DNA from: Eubacteriales bacterium
GTDB taxonomy: Bacteria; Bacillota; Clostridia; Oscillospirales; CAG-272
Length of the DNA: 47,300 nucleotides
Direction of reading: 5' to 3'
Assembly: GCA_045653745.1 (NCBI GenBank)
Contig: JAZOMD010000021.1
Span: 1 to 47,300, forward strand
Part shown: in pieces, positions 7,867 through 17,566 of the stretch
Layout of the letters: every line of letters starts with the position of its first letter
Numbering within the stretch: the stretch's first letter is position 1
Made by a program: the position numbers and the translations under genes
Notes under the pieces: generated by a model
Seen by the model: only the letters and a program-made list of their open reading frames with translations
The model's database searches: none
What the model was told of the DNA's origin: nothing

Positions 7867-9456
7867 ATGTCCGATTACAGAGCGTTATACAGAAAATGGC
7901 GTCCGCGCGATTTCGACGGAGTTTGCGGTCAGGATGCGATTACCGATATTCTGAAATACGAGGTTGCAAACAACAAGCTCTCGCACGCATATCTTTTTTC
8001 CGGCTCGCGTGGAACGGGTAAAACGAGCTGTGCGAAGATTTTGTCCAAAGCCGTTAACTGCCATAATCCTCGTGGCGGCAACCCTTGCAACGAGTGCGAA
8101 GCGTGCAGAAGCATCGATGCAGGTATAGCAACCGACGTTATAGAGATGGACGCGGCGAGCAATAACGGTATAGGTGACGTCCGTGATATGCAGGACGAGA
8201 TAGCCTTCACCCCTGCGCTTCTCAAATACCGCGTTTATATCATAGACGAGGTTCATATGATGTCTCAGCAGGCGTTCAATGCGCTTCTTAAGACCCTCGA
8301 GGAGCCGCCTACTTACGTTATATTTATACTCGCGACCACCGAGTATAATAAACTGCCCACTACTATCGTATCGAGATGTCAGCGCTTTGATTTTCGCAGA
8401 ATATCTACCGAAATAATTATGAACCGCCTTCTTGAGATGTCGCGTCTTGAGGGGATTATGATTACCGAGGACGCCGCAAGAGTCATTGCGAGAATATCCA
8501 GGGGCGGTATGCGAGATGCAATCAGCCTTCTCGAGCTCTGCGCCGGTGCGCATACACAGATAGACGAGCAGCTCGTCTTTTCAACCGTGGGAAGCGGAAA
8601 CCGCGATAGTGCATATAAGCTTATATCTGCTATCGGGCGCTCTGATTTTTCAACCGTTTACGGTATCGTTGACGACATCGTTATGAAGAGCGGAGACCTG
8701 TCGGTTTTCTGGCAGGAGATTATAGATTCCTACCGAGATATTCTCGTCGTGAAAAACAGCGAGAATGCAAAGCGTTATCTCGACCTTACCGATACGGAAT
8801 ATTCGGCTCTTTCCGAGATTGCTTCGAGCTTTACACCTGCACGCCTTTTCTATCACGTATCTCTGCTTGAGAGTGCCATGGCTGATATGCAGCGCGCCTT
8901 TAATTCAAAGCGCAGTATAGCGGAAATAGCGCTGACGAGAATGTGCGAGCCTAAGCTCACAATGTCTTGCGAGGCTCTCGCGCTCAGAATTGAGGAGCTC
9001 GAAAAGGAGCTTTCGATGATGCGCCTCGGTATACCAACCGATAAAAAGCCTTCGGCACAGCCCACCCCCGATAAGCAGATTTCCGCGACTCCCGTGAAGG
9101 CGGCGGCACCGCAAAGCCCCAAAGCACCTTCTCAGGAAGGCACGGTGTCCGATAAACCCGTATTATACGAGCTGTGGGGAACTGTTATTGACAAAATACG
9201 CGACCTTAAGAGCTCGCTCGCTTCTTGTATTGCCAGCGCCTCGGTTTATAAATATCCGAACGGCGGATTTCTCATAAGGCTTGGAGACTTCTTTGCAAAG
9301 AAGCTTTCCTCTGACGAGAAGGATATGGCGATAGTGAGAGGATTTATTGCCGAAACCGAGGGAAAGTCTCCTTCTGAGATTACCCTGAAAATAGAATCAA
9401 TGACGCGCTCGTCGGGAAATCCCTTTTCCGAAATCGAGAATGCACTAAGTAATTAA
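7867..9456 (+). CDS. dnaX: DNA polymerase III subunit gamma/tau
   Basis: YRKWRPRDFDGVCGQ, GSRGTGKTS Walker A, a CxxC zinc module and IIDEVHM. ATG at 7867 has GGAGG 8 nt upstream. The upstream part of the track ORF overlaps the SRP RNA. Confidence 0.93.
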   Translation: MSDYRALYRKWRPRDFDGVCGQDAITDILKYEVANNKLSHAYLFSGSRGTGKTSCAKILSKAVNCHNPRGGNPCNECEACRSIDAGIATDVIEMDAASNNGIGDVRDMQDEIAFTPALLKYRVYIIDEVHMMSQQAFNALLKTLEEPPTYVIFILATTEYNKLPTTIVSRCQRFDFRRISTEIIMNRLLEMSRLEGIMITEDAARVIARISRGGMRDAISLLELCAGAHTQIDEQLVFSTVGSGNRDSAYKLISAIGRSDFSTVYGIVDDIVMKSGDLSVFWQEIIDSYRDILVVKNSENAKRYLDLTDTEYSALSEIASSFTPARLFYHVSLLESAMADMQRAFNSKRSIAEIALTRMCEPKLTMSCEALALRIEELEKELSMMRLGIPTDKKPSAQPTPDKQISATPVKAAAPQSPKAPSQEGTVSDKPVLYELWGTVIDKIRDLKSSLASCIASASVYKYPNGGFLIRLGDFFAKKLSSDEKDMAIVRGFIAETEGKSPSEITLKIESMTRSSGNPFSEIENALSN

Positions 9457-9488
9457 AAGCCGAAAAACGGCGGAATGGAGATAATAAA

Positions 9489-9836
9489 ATGAAGGTTAGA
9501 ATACCCCAAGGAATGGGCGGCGGTCCTAACAATATGCAGGCAATGCTCAAGCAGGCTCAGAAGATGCAAGAGGATATGGCAAATATGCAGGCGGAGCTTG
9601 AGGAGCGCGAATACGAGGTTGCCGCAGGCGGCGGAGTCGTTGGCGTTAAGATAAACGGTAAAAAGGAAATTCTTTCCGTCAAGATAGATCCCGAGGTTGT
9701 TGATCCCGATGATGTTGAGACTCTTGAGGATCTTATAGTTGCTGCTGTTAACGAGGCTATAAAGCGCGTTGAGACCGTTTCCGCTGAGGAAATGCAGAAG
9801 ATTACCGGTAGCATGAGCATTCCCGGTATGTTTTAA
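9489..9836 (+). CDS. ybaB: YbaB/EbfC nucleoid-associated protein
   Basis: 115 aa (MQAMLKQAQKMQEDM...). Conserved position between dnaX and recR. Confidence 0.9.
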   Translation: MKVRIPQGMGGGPNNMQAMLKQAQKMQEDMANMQAELEEREYEVAAGGGVVGVKINGKKEILSVKIDPEVVDPDDVETLEDLIVAAVNEAIKRVETVSAEEMQKITGSMSIPGMF

Positions 9837-9839
9837 GAT

Positions 9840-10448
9840 ATGTCAGAGTATATAGCACCTATACAAAGGCTGATAGAGGAGTTTCGTAAGCTCCCCGGAG
9901 TCGGCGCGAAAACCGCTGCCCGTTACGCCTTTGCCACCCTCAATTTTGATGACGAGGCGGCGGAAAGCTTTGCCGATGCGATAATGGGGGTAAAAAGAGA
10001 CGTGCACAAGTGTCCTGTATGCTTCGGACTTTCCGCGTCCCCCGACTCCTGCGAAATTTGCTCCTCTGCATCGCGTGACCGTTCTCTCGTATGCGTTGTA
10101 GAGAGCCCGAAGGACGTTATGGTTATGGAAAGAGTCAGAGGATACAGAGGCACCTACCACGTTCTCGGTGGAGCTCTTTCTCCGCTCGATAACATAACTC
10201 CTGCCGATCTTACCATCAAAGAGCTGATAGCAAGAGCCGAGAGTGGAGAGGTTGCGGAAATAATTATTGCCACCAATCCGACGCCGTGCGGAGATACCAC
10301 CGCGGCGTATATAGCACGAGTTCTCGCTCCGTACGACGTGCGTGTGTCGAGGCTTGCATACGGAATTCCCGTAGGCGGTGACATTGAGTATGCCGACGAG
10401 GTAACTCTCTACCGTGCAATGGAAGGAAGACGGTATTTTGACGACTGA
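9840..10448 (+). CDS. recR: Recombination protein RecR
   Basis: LPGVGAKTAARYAF HhH motif, a C4 zinc finger (CPVCFGL...CEIC) and a Toprim domain. Confidence 0.93.
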   Translation: MSEYIAPIQRLIEEFRKLPGVGAKTAARYAFATLNFDDEAAESFADAIMGVKRDVHKCPVCFGLSASPDSCEICSSASRDRSLVCVVESPKDVMVMERVRGYRGTYHVLGGALSPLDNITPADLTIKELIARAESGEVAEIIIATNPTPCGDTTAAYIARVLAPYDVRVSRLAYGIPVGGDIEYADEVTLYRAMEGRRYFDD

Positions 10449-10452
10449 TATT

Positions 10453-10487
10453 AACGGACGGAGTTTTTCTCCGTCCGTTCTTTTTTT
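10453..10487 (+). terminator. Intrinsic terminator after recR
   Basis: AACGGACGGAG (10453-10463) pairs with CTCCGTCCGTT (10469-10479), followed by CTTTTTTT. Confidence 0.85.
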
Positions 10488-10595
10488 GAAATAAACGAAC
10501 ACTTTATCCGCAGAGCCCGTGCACACATTTGCGTGTACGGGTGTATTTTTATAATGTACGAATTCCGAATCTGAAATGGCGATGCACTTCGGTGA

Positions 10596-11366
10596 TTATA
10601 TCGCCGCGCATTTGTATTTTAGGCGCAGATTGTCGGCAATCATAGCGATAAATTCGGAATTTGTGGGCTTTCCTCTCGTGTTCTGTATCGTGTACCCGAA
10701 GTAGGAGTTGAGCGTATCCACGTCGCCTCTGTCCCACGCAACCTCTATTGCGTGGCGTATCGCACGCTCAACTCGAGAGGTTGTTGTCTGATACTTTTTC
10801 GCTACGGTGGGGTAGAGAATTTTAGTTACGGAATTTATTATATCGGTATCGTCTATCGTCATAAGAATAGCGGTGCGCAGATACTGATATCCTTTGATGT
10901 GAGCAGGAACTCCGATTTGGTGAATTATTTTGGTGACCTGTGCTTCTATATCCGTGCCGAGAGAAGCAGGATTATCGTGTGCTTTGCTCTTTACGCGCAA
11001 AAGCGATTCCACGTGCTCGACGAGTGCCGTCGTGTCAAAGGGCTTCAGAATACATAAATCGGCTCCTGCCTCGCTTGCCTCGAGCAAAACGCTTTGCTTG
11101 TTTATCGGTGACATAAGCAGAAAGGCGCACCTGCCCTCGGGACGCAGCGATAGCGCCTTGCGTATAATACCGATACCGTCTATTCCGGATACCCAAAGAT
11201 CGGTTATTACCGCATCGTAGGTGGACTTTGCAAGCTTTTCTACTGCCAGCTCTCCGCTTGCCGCCTCGTCTATATAACGAAAACCGCGCTTTACGAGAAC
11301 TTCCGCGATCTTTTTCCTTTCTTCGATGTTTTCGTCGCAAATAAGAATTTTTGCTTTGTTTTCCAT
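10596..11366 (-). CDS. spo0A: Sporulation master regulator Spo0A
   Basis: Receiver domain plus the Spo0A-specific C-terminus ([45 protein letters not shown]). AAGGAG RBS. Confidence 0.95.
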   Translation of the reverse strand: MENKAKILICDENIEERKKIAEVLVKRGFRYIDEAASGELAVEKLAKSTYDAVITDLWVSGIDGIGIIRKALSLRPEGRCAFLLMSPINKQSVLLEASEAGADLCILKPFDTTALVEHVESLLRVKSKAHDNPASLGTDIEAQVTKIIHQIGVPAHIKGYQYLRTAILMTIDDTDIINSVTKILYPTVAKKYQTTTSRVERAIRHAIEVAWDRGDVDTLNSYFGYTIQNTRGKPTNSEFIAMIADNLRLKYKCAAI

Positions 11367-11684
11367 TTCTCTTTTTCTCCTTGTTTTTATTTGATAATGG
11401 TAAAAAATGGTAATTTTTCAACGCAACAACATTTTACCACAAAAAGCGTAGAAAAATCAAGGGGTAAAGTAACAAAAAAAGCAACAAAATAAACCGTCGA
11501 TAAATGGTAAAATTTACCAAATCGGCCGAAAAAGTTATGAAAATCGCCACGAATCGTCGGTAAGATACAAAAAACGCAATCGACGATTTCAGGCATTAAA
11601 AGGCAAAAACAGGGAGTAGTGCAATTTCTTAATTGAAATATTGTGATTTTTTTGTAAATCCCTCGGAAAATATTTGAATTTATG

Positions 11685-11713
11685 TTGCAAATTCTAAATC
11701 GTTATGATATAAT
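11685..11713 (+). promoter_or_regulatory. Sigma-A-type promoter for PEP carboxykinase
   Basis: TTGCAA (11685-11690), a 17-nt spacer, then TGaTATAAT (TATAAT at 11708-11713). Confidence 0.6.
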
Positions 11714-11778
11714 GTATTTGTGGAAAATTGGTTTATTTTTACTTTCAATTAAGATTATTATAATAAGGAGAATATAAA

Positions 11779-13572
11779 ATGAACACAAACGTTACAAAAA
11801 ACAAGTTTGTAAATGAGTGGATTTCCGAAATGGCTGCTATGGTTAAGCCCTCGGAGATTATTCTCATTGACGGCTCTGAAGCTCAGGCGGAGGCTCTCCG
11901 CGCCGAGGCGTGCTCTACCGGTGAGATGATAAAGCTCAACCAGGATATGCTTCCCGGCTGCTATCTTCACAGAACCGCAATCAACGACGTTGCGCGTGTA
12001 GAGGACAGAACCTTCATCTGCACTTCGAAGAAGGAGGATGCAGGTAATATCAACAACTGGATGGACCCCAAGGAATGCTACGAGAAGCTTTCTAAGCTTT
12101 ACGAGGGCTCTTACAGCGGCAAGCCGATGTACGTTATCCCTTATTCCATGTCCGTCGTAGGCTCCGATTTCGCTAAGTACGGTATCGAGCTTACCGATTC
12201 CATCTACGTAGTTCTTAATATGCTTATAATGACCAGAGTTGGTCTTAACGTTCTTGATGCTCTCGGCGACAGCGCAGATTTCATCAAGGGTCTTCACGCT
12301 AAGGCTGAGCTCAGCCAGGAGAAGAGATACATCTGTCATTTCCCCGAGGATAACACCATCTGGTCTGTTAACTCCGGTTACGGCGGAAACGTTCTTCTCG
12401 GTAAGAAGTGCTTCGCGCTTCGTATTGCATCCTACCTCGGCCGCAAGCAAGGCTGGATGGCAGAGCATATGCTTATCCTCGGCGTTGAATCTCCCGACGG
12501 CGACGTTAAGTACATAAGTGCTGCGTTCCCCTCTGCGTGCGGTAAGACTAACCTCGCTATGCTCATTCCTCCCGAAATTTACAGAAACAAGGGATATAAG
12601 GTTTGGTGTGTAGGCGATGATATCGCTTGGCTCAGAGTTGGTCAGGACGGTAGACTTTGGGCAGTTAACCCCGAGAACGGATTCTTCGGCGTTGCTCCCG
12701 GTACTAACGAACATTCTAACCCCAATGCGCTTCATACTGCTATGCGCGATACCATTTTCACCAACGTATGTCATAACCTTGACGACAATACCGTTTGGTG
12801 GGAAGGTCTTAACGACAATCCTCCCGTAAACGCTCTTAACTGGAAGGGCGAGCCCTGGGATTACAAGAAGTACGATAAGAAGGATAAGGTTAACACCTCC
12901 GGTGCTCACCCCAACTCCAGATTTACCGCTATGGCAGCTAACTGCCCCTGCCTCTCCGATAAGTTTGATTCTGCAGCAGGCGTTCCGATCTCTGCTATCG
13001 TATTCGGCGGCAGACGTGCAAAGACTGCTCCCCTCGTATATCAGTCGACCGGTTGGCAGAACGGCACCTTCGTCGGCTCTATTATGGCTTCCGAGACCAC
13101 CGCTGCAGCAGCAGGCGCTGTCGGCGTAGTTCGTCGCGACCCGATGGCTATGCGTCCCTTCGTAGGCTACGATATGGGCGATTATTGGGCACACTGGCTC
13201 AATATGGGCAAGAGCATTTCCAATCCTCCCAAGATTTTCCACGTTAACTGGTTCAGAACCGATGATGAAGGCCACTTCATTTGGCCCGGCTTCGGTGATA
13301 ATATGAGAGTTCTTATGTGGATTCTCGACCGTTGCGAGGGTAAGGTAGATGCAGTTGAGACTCCTATCGGATTTGTTCCCAACGCAGAGGATATCGATCT
13401 TACCGGTCTTGACATCACCACCGATACCGTAAGAGAGCTTCTTTCTGTTGATAAGGAGCTCTGGCTTGAGGATTGCAAGGCTGTAAGAGAGTTCTACCGT
13501 CAGGTAGGCGACAGAGTTCCCACCGAGCTCTACGACGAGCTTGCCGCTCTTGAGTCGAGACTTGCAAAGTAA
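11779..13572 (+). CDS. pckG: Phosphoenolpyruvate carboxykinase (GTP)
   Basis: 597 aa. AAFPSACGKTNLAML kinase-1a P-loop and the GTP-PEPCK-type overall pattern. AAGGAG RBS. Confidence 0.92.
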   Translation: MNTNVTKNKFVNEWISEMAAMVKPSEIILIDGSEAQAEALRAEACSTGEMIKLNQDMLPGCYLHRTAINDVARVEDRTFICTSKKEDAGNINNWMDPKECYEKLSKLYEGSYSGKPMYVIPYSMSVVGSDFAKYGIELTDSIYVVLNMLIMTRVGLNVLDALGDSADFIKGLHAKAELSQEKRYICHFPEDNTIWSVNSGYGGNVLLGKKCFALRIASYLGRKQGWMAEHMLILGVESPDGDVKYISAAFPSACGKTNLAMLIPPEIYRNKGYKVWCVGDDIAWLRVGQDGRLWAVNPENGFFGVAPGTNEHSNPNALHTAMRDTIFTNVCHNLDDNTVWWEGLNDNPPVNALNWKGEPWDYKKYDKKDKVNTSGAHPNSRFTAMAANCPCLSDKFDSAAGVPISAIVFGGRRAKTAPLVYQSTGWQNGTFVGSIMASETTAAAAGAVGVVRRDPMAMRPFVGYDMGDYWAHWLNMGKSISNPPKIFHVNWFRTDDEGHFIWPGFGDNMRVLMWILDRCEGKVDAVETPIGFVPNAEDIDLTGLDITTDTVRELLSVDKELWLEDCKAVREFYRQVGDRVPTELYDELAALESRLAK

Positions 13573-13590
13573 TTAAATAGCATTCAGAAA

Positions 13591-13624
13591 ACGAGAAAAG
13601 CTAACCGCTTTTCTCGTTTTTTTA
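13591..13624 (+). terminator. Intrinsic terminator after pck
   Basis: ACGAGAAAAGC (13591-13601) pairs with GCTTTTCTCGT (13607-13617), followed by TTTTTTT. Confidence 0.85.
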
Positions 13625-14554
13625 TTATAGCAAAATCAGTATCGTCGACATAATCAGAGTCGCACATACGCCCATTATCATTTTCAAAAAAAGATAGCGT
13701 GAAAATACCGAGCGCGACGGGATAAAATAAAGCGACTGAAGGTGTACGGAAAAGCCGGAAAATCCGAGCCCGAAGGCCGATAAAATCATAGACAAGGAAT
13801 AGGCTAAAGAGTCGGTTGAAGCAATGATTTTCATACCCGAGCTTACCTCAAGAAGCGATGCCGTAATAGCTAAAATAACCTTGGATTTTACGAACAGTTT
13901 AATTACTCCGAGTAGTGCCGAAAAGAAAATAATATAAGAAGAAATGACGGTCAGGACGCTCGCTGAATCTTTTATCGATGTGCTCAAATTGAAACTCTGC
14001 CTTGAAATAAACCTACCTTTCTTCTGGTTATTGGATTTTCTTCGCGTAAATATCAATAGAAGAAAGGAAGACAGTGTAACCGAAATGAATAGCAGCCACC
14101 CGTCTTTTGGGCTTCCCCTCATTCCAAGCCCAACCGCCGATATCACAAACCCGAGCGAGGGGTTGTTCGCGCAGCCGCAAATACGCACGAGCTCATCGTC
14201 GTCGATTATCCCTCCGTCGTATAAGCTGCTTGCGCTTTTTATTCCGAGGGGGAAGCCGCAAAGAAGACCCGTTATCACAGAGGTAATTGCTTGTCTTGGT
14301 ATGCCGAGAATTTTTTCGATACACTTTCCAAATCTCGAGTCCGTGCTTATTTCTATGCCGAAAAAATAATCCGAAAGTATTATAAAAGGAAAAAGCGAAG
14401 GTATTACCGTCGTCACAACGAGGCGTATTGCACCTTGTATGGAATCCTGTATCTCCTCTGCAAACAGAAGTAACAGGGTTAAGAAGACAAGAAAAAGACC
14501 GATTCCCATAAATGACGAGGAAGTTTTTGCTTTTTTTCTATCTGCGAAAGTCAT
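13625..14554 (-). CDS. ylbJ: YlbJ-like sporulation integral membrane protein (nucleoside-recognition/Gate domain)
   Basis: Polytopic protein. VIPSLFPFIILSDYF and CGCANNPSLGFV resemble B. subtilis YlbJ segments. ATG at 14554 is preceded by AAAGGAG. The 107-codon upstream extension in the track has no RBS. Confidence 0.65.
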   Translation of the reverse strand: MTFADRKKAKTSSSFMGIGLFLVFLTLLLLFAEEIQDSIQGAIRLVVTTVIPSLFPFIILSDYFFGIEISTDSRFGKCIEKILGIPRQAITSVITGLLCGFPLGIKSASSLYDGGIIDDDELVRICGCANNPSLGFVISAVGLGMRGSPKDGWLLFISVTLSSFLLLIFTRRKSNNQKKGRFISRQSFNLSTSIKDSASVLTVISSYIIFFSALLGVIKLFVKSKVILAITASLLEVSSGMKIIASTDSLAYSLSMILSAFGLGFSGFSVHLQSLYFIPSRSVFSRYLFLKMIMGVCATLIMSTILILL

Positions 14555-14612
14555 TTTGTCTCCTTTACGACATACATTTTTATTAAAGCAATATGAGAAG
14601 GAGATAGGTAAA

Positions 14613-14882
14613 ATGACCGATAAAGCGAAAAAAATCCTGCCTAAGCCCACCGCGCTTTCGGGATTCCATATAGAGGCCACAAGAACGCCTGTGGGTATAA
14701 AGGTAACCGTCGGCGGCGTTGTCGGCATCAAGGATTTTTCGGAGGAGCAGGTTACGCTGGGAGCACATTCGGGGAAAATTATTATAAACGGAAAAATGCT
14801 CCGCTTAACTGTATACGAGGGTGGTGTGGTTGATATAGTCGGTAGAGTGGAGGGGATAGGGCTTGAGTACGGCAAGGCTTGA
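14613..14882 (+). CDS. yqfC: Sporulation protein YqfC (YabP family)
   Basis: 89 aa, YabP-like (GIKDFSEEQVTLGAHSGKIIINGKMLRLTVYE). Directly precedes yqfD-phoH-ybeY-era-recO, as in Bacillus. AGGAG RBS. Confidence 0.8.
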   Translation: MTDKAKKILPKPTALSGFHIEATRTPVGIKVTVGGVVGIKDFSEEQVTLGAHSGKIIINGKMLRLTVYEGGVVDIVGRVEGIGLEYGKA

Positions 14883-16029
14883 TCTTTTTGTTTTCGGATA
14901 CAGAAAAATTGAGGTTCCGCTTGATTTTCTAGGACGTGCGTCGTCGCTTTTGCTCTCTTCGGGAATCAACGCGAGAATTCTGCCCGACGGTAGCATATAT
15001 TTACGGGAACGCGACTTTCAGAAATGCAGAAAAATACTGGGCGGAAGGGTGCGGTATACACATAGCGAGCTCTTGGGAATTCCGGGCATATATTCGCGTA
15101 TCGGCTGTAAAATAGGAATTCTTGCAGGTATCGTATGTTCTCTATTACTTACGATTTTTCTTTCGGGGCTCGTATGGGACGTGCGCGTCGAAGGTAATCT
15201 CACAGTTCCTGACGTTGCCATAACCGAAGCTCTTGAGGAGGCAGGCTTCACGGTGGGCAGCTGCTGGAATAAATCCGATTTAAGCAGCTTTGAGGTAGAG
15301 GCATTGTCGCTTTGCTCCGACATATCCTGGATAAATATAAACAGAAGAGGCACCGTTGCATATGTAAGTGTGATAGAAAAAGACGGTGACGAGGCCGGCG
15401 AAGACACCTCGCCGGGAAAATATGCAAATATTATCGCCTCAGAGGATTGTATTATTGAGGAGATGCGCGTAATTAAAGGCACGGCAGAGGTGAAGGTTGG
15501 AGACGCGGTTAAAAAGGGGGATTTGCTGATTTCGGGAGTGCTTCCCGATGGCGCAAACGGTGGACTCTGCTATGCAGAAGGTATCGTTATAGGAAGGGTA
15601 GGAGATTCGGTTACGGTTAATACCGAGCGCGAATACGAAAGAATTGTTCCCGAAACGCCGCGAGTCGGTCGCGTGAAGATTAAAATATTTAAATTTCCTA
15701 TAAATATTTTTAAAAACAGTAGAAATTTTGATAGTAAGTGTGATATAATAAAGGATATAGATGGATTTTCACTTTTTGGCAGAGGAAAGCTTCCGATAGA
15801 GATTGTAACCGAGTACTGTGTACCGCATAGAAGCACTAGCGAGAGCTACAACGATAAGGAGCTTGTTTCTGTAACCTCGTCGCGCTTGACAGAGTCGCTC
15901 TCACGCGTGCTTGGCAACGCCGACCTCGTAAGGATAAGAACCACGGGTGAATTCACCGATACAGGATATCTGATGCGTGCCGATATAGTTTACTTAAAAG
16001 AGGTATCGCACACGCTTGAATTTGATTAA
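14863..16029 (+). CDS. yqfD: Sporulation protein YqfD
   Basis: 388 aa with one central TM segment, positioned after yqfC. The TTG start overlaps the yqfC end and has GGAGGGG 7 nt upstream. Confidence 0.75.
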   Translation: MSTARLDLFVFGYRKIEVPLDFLGRASSLLLSSGINARILPDGSIYLRERDFQKCRKILGGRVRYTHSELLGIPGIYSRIGCKIGILAGIVCSLLLTIFLSGLVWDVRVEGNLTVPDVAITEALEEAGFTVGSCWNKSDLSSFEVEALSLCSDISWININRRGTVAYVSVIEKDGDEAGEDTSPGKYANIIASEDCIIEEMRVIKGTAEVKVGDAVKKGDLLISGVLPDGANGGLCYAEGIVIGRVGDSVTVNTEREYERIVPETPRVGRVKIKIFKFPINIFKNSRNFDSKCDIIKDIDGFSLFGRGKLPIEIVTEYCVPHRSTSESYNDKELVSVTSSRLTESLSRVLGNADLVRIRTTGEFTDTGYLMRADIVYLKEVSHTLEFD

Positions 16030-16042
16030 AAAGGAAATTGCT

Positions 16043-17074
16043 ATGACCGAAAAAATAGTAATGACAAACTCCGACGAGGCTACCGCTGCGATATTCGGTG
16101 CGTTTGATTCTAATATACGAATGATTGAGAGAGCCTTCGACGTTCGTATTTCCAACAGAAATAAGGAAAGCACCGACGGTGATGCGATAGTGGTAAGCGG
16201 AGAGGCAGATGCGGTTAACCGGGCAGTGCGCACGCTCGAGTACCTCAAGCATATGAGCGGCGCGGGCGAGACTCTCGGCGAGCAGAGCGTTGAGTACGTC
16301 ATAGGTCTTGTTCGTGATAACTCCGATGAATCTCCCGAGAATCTTTCAAGAGACGTAATCTGCGTTACAAACAGAGGAAAGCCCATAAAGCCGAAGACTA
16401 TCGGTCAGAAGAAATACGTCGAAGAGATAAAGAAAAACACCGTGGTTCTCGGTCTCGGCCCTGCCGGAACGGGAAAAACCTTCCTCGCCGTTGCAATGGC
16501 GGTAGAGGCGCTTCGTTCAAAATCGGTTGCGCGCATTATCCTTACGCGTCCTGCGGTTGAGGCAGGTGAGCGGCTCGGATTTTTGCCGGGTGATCTCCAG
16601 AGCAAAATCGACCCCTATCTCCGTCCTCTTTACGACGCACTTTTTGAAATGCTCGGAGCAGAGAATTATCAGAGGCATATGGAGCGTCAGACGATAGAAA
16701 TAGCCCCTCTTGCATATATGCGAGGAAGAACGCTTGACGATTCCTTCATAATTCTCGATGAGGCGCAGAATACCACGCCCGAGCAGATGAAAATGTTCCT
16801 CACAAGACGTGGCTATAATTCCAAGGCTGTTGTCACGGGAGACCTCTCGCAGACCGACCTTCCTTTCGGTAAAAAGAGCGGTCTTTCGATAGCCTCGAAG
16901 ATACTTGAGGGCATAGAAGGAATAGGAATTTTCAAATTCACCGAGCGCGACGTTGTGCGTCATCATCTTGTAAAGAAGATAATTTCAGCCTACGATTCCT
17001 ACGAGCGTGAGGCGTCGGCAAAGAAATACAAGGCAGAAGAGAAGCAAAGACAGTCAAGAAAAGGAGAAGTTTAA
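16043..17074 (+). CDS. phoH: PhoH-family ATPase
   Basis: GPAGTGKTFLAVAMA Walker A, ILDEAQN Walker B and an N-terminal KH-like region. ATG at 16043 follows AAGGA. Confidence 0.9.
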   Translation: MTEKIVMTNSDEATAAIFGAFDSNIRMIERAFDVRISNRNKESTDGDAIVVSGEADAVNRAVRTLEYLKHMSGAGETLGEQSVEYVIGLVRDNSDESPENLSRDVICVTNRGKPIKPKTIGQKKYVEEIKKNTVVLGLGPAGTGKTFLAVAMAVEALRSKSVARIILTRPAVEAGERLGFLPGDLQSKIDPYLRPLYDALFEMLGAENYQRHMERQTIEIAPLAYMRGRTLDDSFIILDEAQNTTPEQMKMFLTRRGYNSKAVVTGDLSQTDLPFGKKSGLSIASKILEGIEGIGIFKFTERDVVRHHLVKKIISAYDSYEREASAKKYKAEEKQRQSRKGEV

Positions 17075-17075
17075 A

Positions 17076-17552
17076 ATGTCCGACAGAAAACTTTTTATAA
17101 GCTTTATTGCAACGAAAAAATTCGAGGAGTGCGACTATTATTTTAAGCTTGCAATCCGCCGTTCAATAGAGGCGGCGCTTGAATACGAGGATTTTCCCTC
17201 GGATGCAGAGGTTTCAGTAACGTTTACGGATAACGAGCATATAAGAACTCTGAATGCGGAATACAGAAACAAAGACTCGGCAACCGACGTGCTTTCCTTT
17301 CCTCTTTACGATTTCGAGTGTGAGGACGACCTGCCCGAGGGCGAGATCGTGCCTCTTGGAGATATTGTAATTTCGCTTGAGCGCGCAAAGGAGCAGGCGA
17401 ACGAGATAGGCCATTCCTTCCTCGAGGAATGTGCGTTTCTTGCGGTGCATTCAACGCTCCACCTTCTCGGCTACGATCACGAGCGCTCCGAGGAGGATGA
17501 CGAGGCGCAGTGCAGAGCACAGAGGGATATAATCGAAACTCTTGAATTTTAA
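17076..17552 (+). CDS. ybeY: rRNA maturation endoribonuclease YbeY
   Basis: HSTLHLLGYDH zinc motif. AGGAG RBS 9 nt upstream of the ATG at 17076. Confidence 0.9.
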   Translation: MSDRKLFISFIATKKFEECDYYFKLAIRRSIEAALEYEDFPSDAEVSVTFTDNEHIRTLNAEYRNKDSATDVLSFPLYDFECEDDLPEGEIVPLGDIVISLERAKEQANEIGHSFLEECAFLAVHSTLHLLGYDHERSEEDDEAQCRAQRDIIETLEF

Positions 17553-17566
17553 AAACGGAGAAGAAA

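Noticed and set aside
10516-10541. A second hairpin (CCCGTGCAC...GTGTACGGG followed by TGTATTTTT) between recR and spo0A, considered as a distinct element.
   Set aside because: It is most simply a backup plus-strand terminator in a convergent gap. It has a G-U pair and a mismatch, and I see no further evidence of function.
11367-11640. Canonical Spo0A boxes (TGNCGAA) for spo0A autoregulation.
   Set aside because: Only one-mismatch versions are seen (GGCCGAA, CGTCGAT, TCGACGA), which are expected by chance at this length.
11758-13275. A 505-aa ORF antisense to PEP carboxykinase. Similar long antisense ORFs occur at 24264-25325, 25430-26452, 37386-38126, 38706-39500, 43477-44748 and 44714-45808.
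   Set aside because: For pck I checked that the antisense ORF is in exact codon register with the sense gene, so stops can arise only from sense TTA, CTA or TCA codons. The sense genes appear to avoid those codons. The sense strands carry unmistakable family motifs (for example FPSACGKTN). The antisense translations are low-complexity, lack an RBS and show no motif. This is a codon-bias artefact, not overlapping genes.
14555-14875. A 107-codon upstream extension of ylbJ (track ORF 13625-14875), and the 58-codon extension of yqfC (14439-14612).
   Set aside because: The extensions overlap each other on opposite strands in the divergent promoter region. Both internal ATGs (14554 and 14613) have strong AAAGGAG/AGGAG sites, and the extensions have none.
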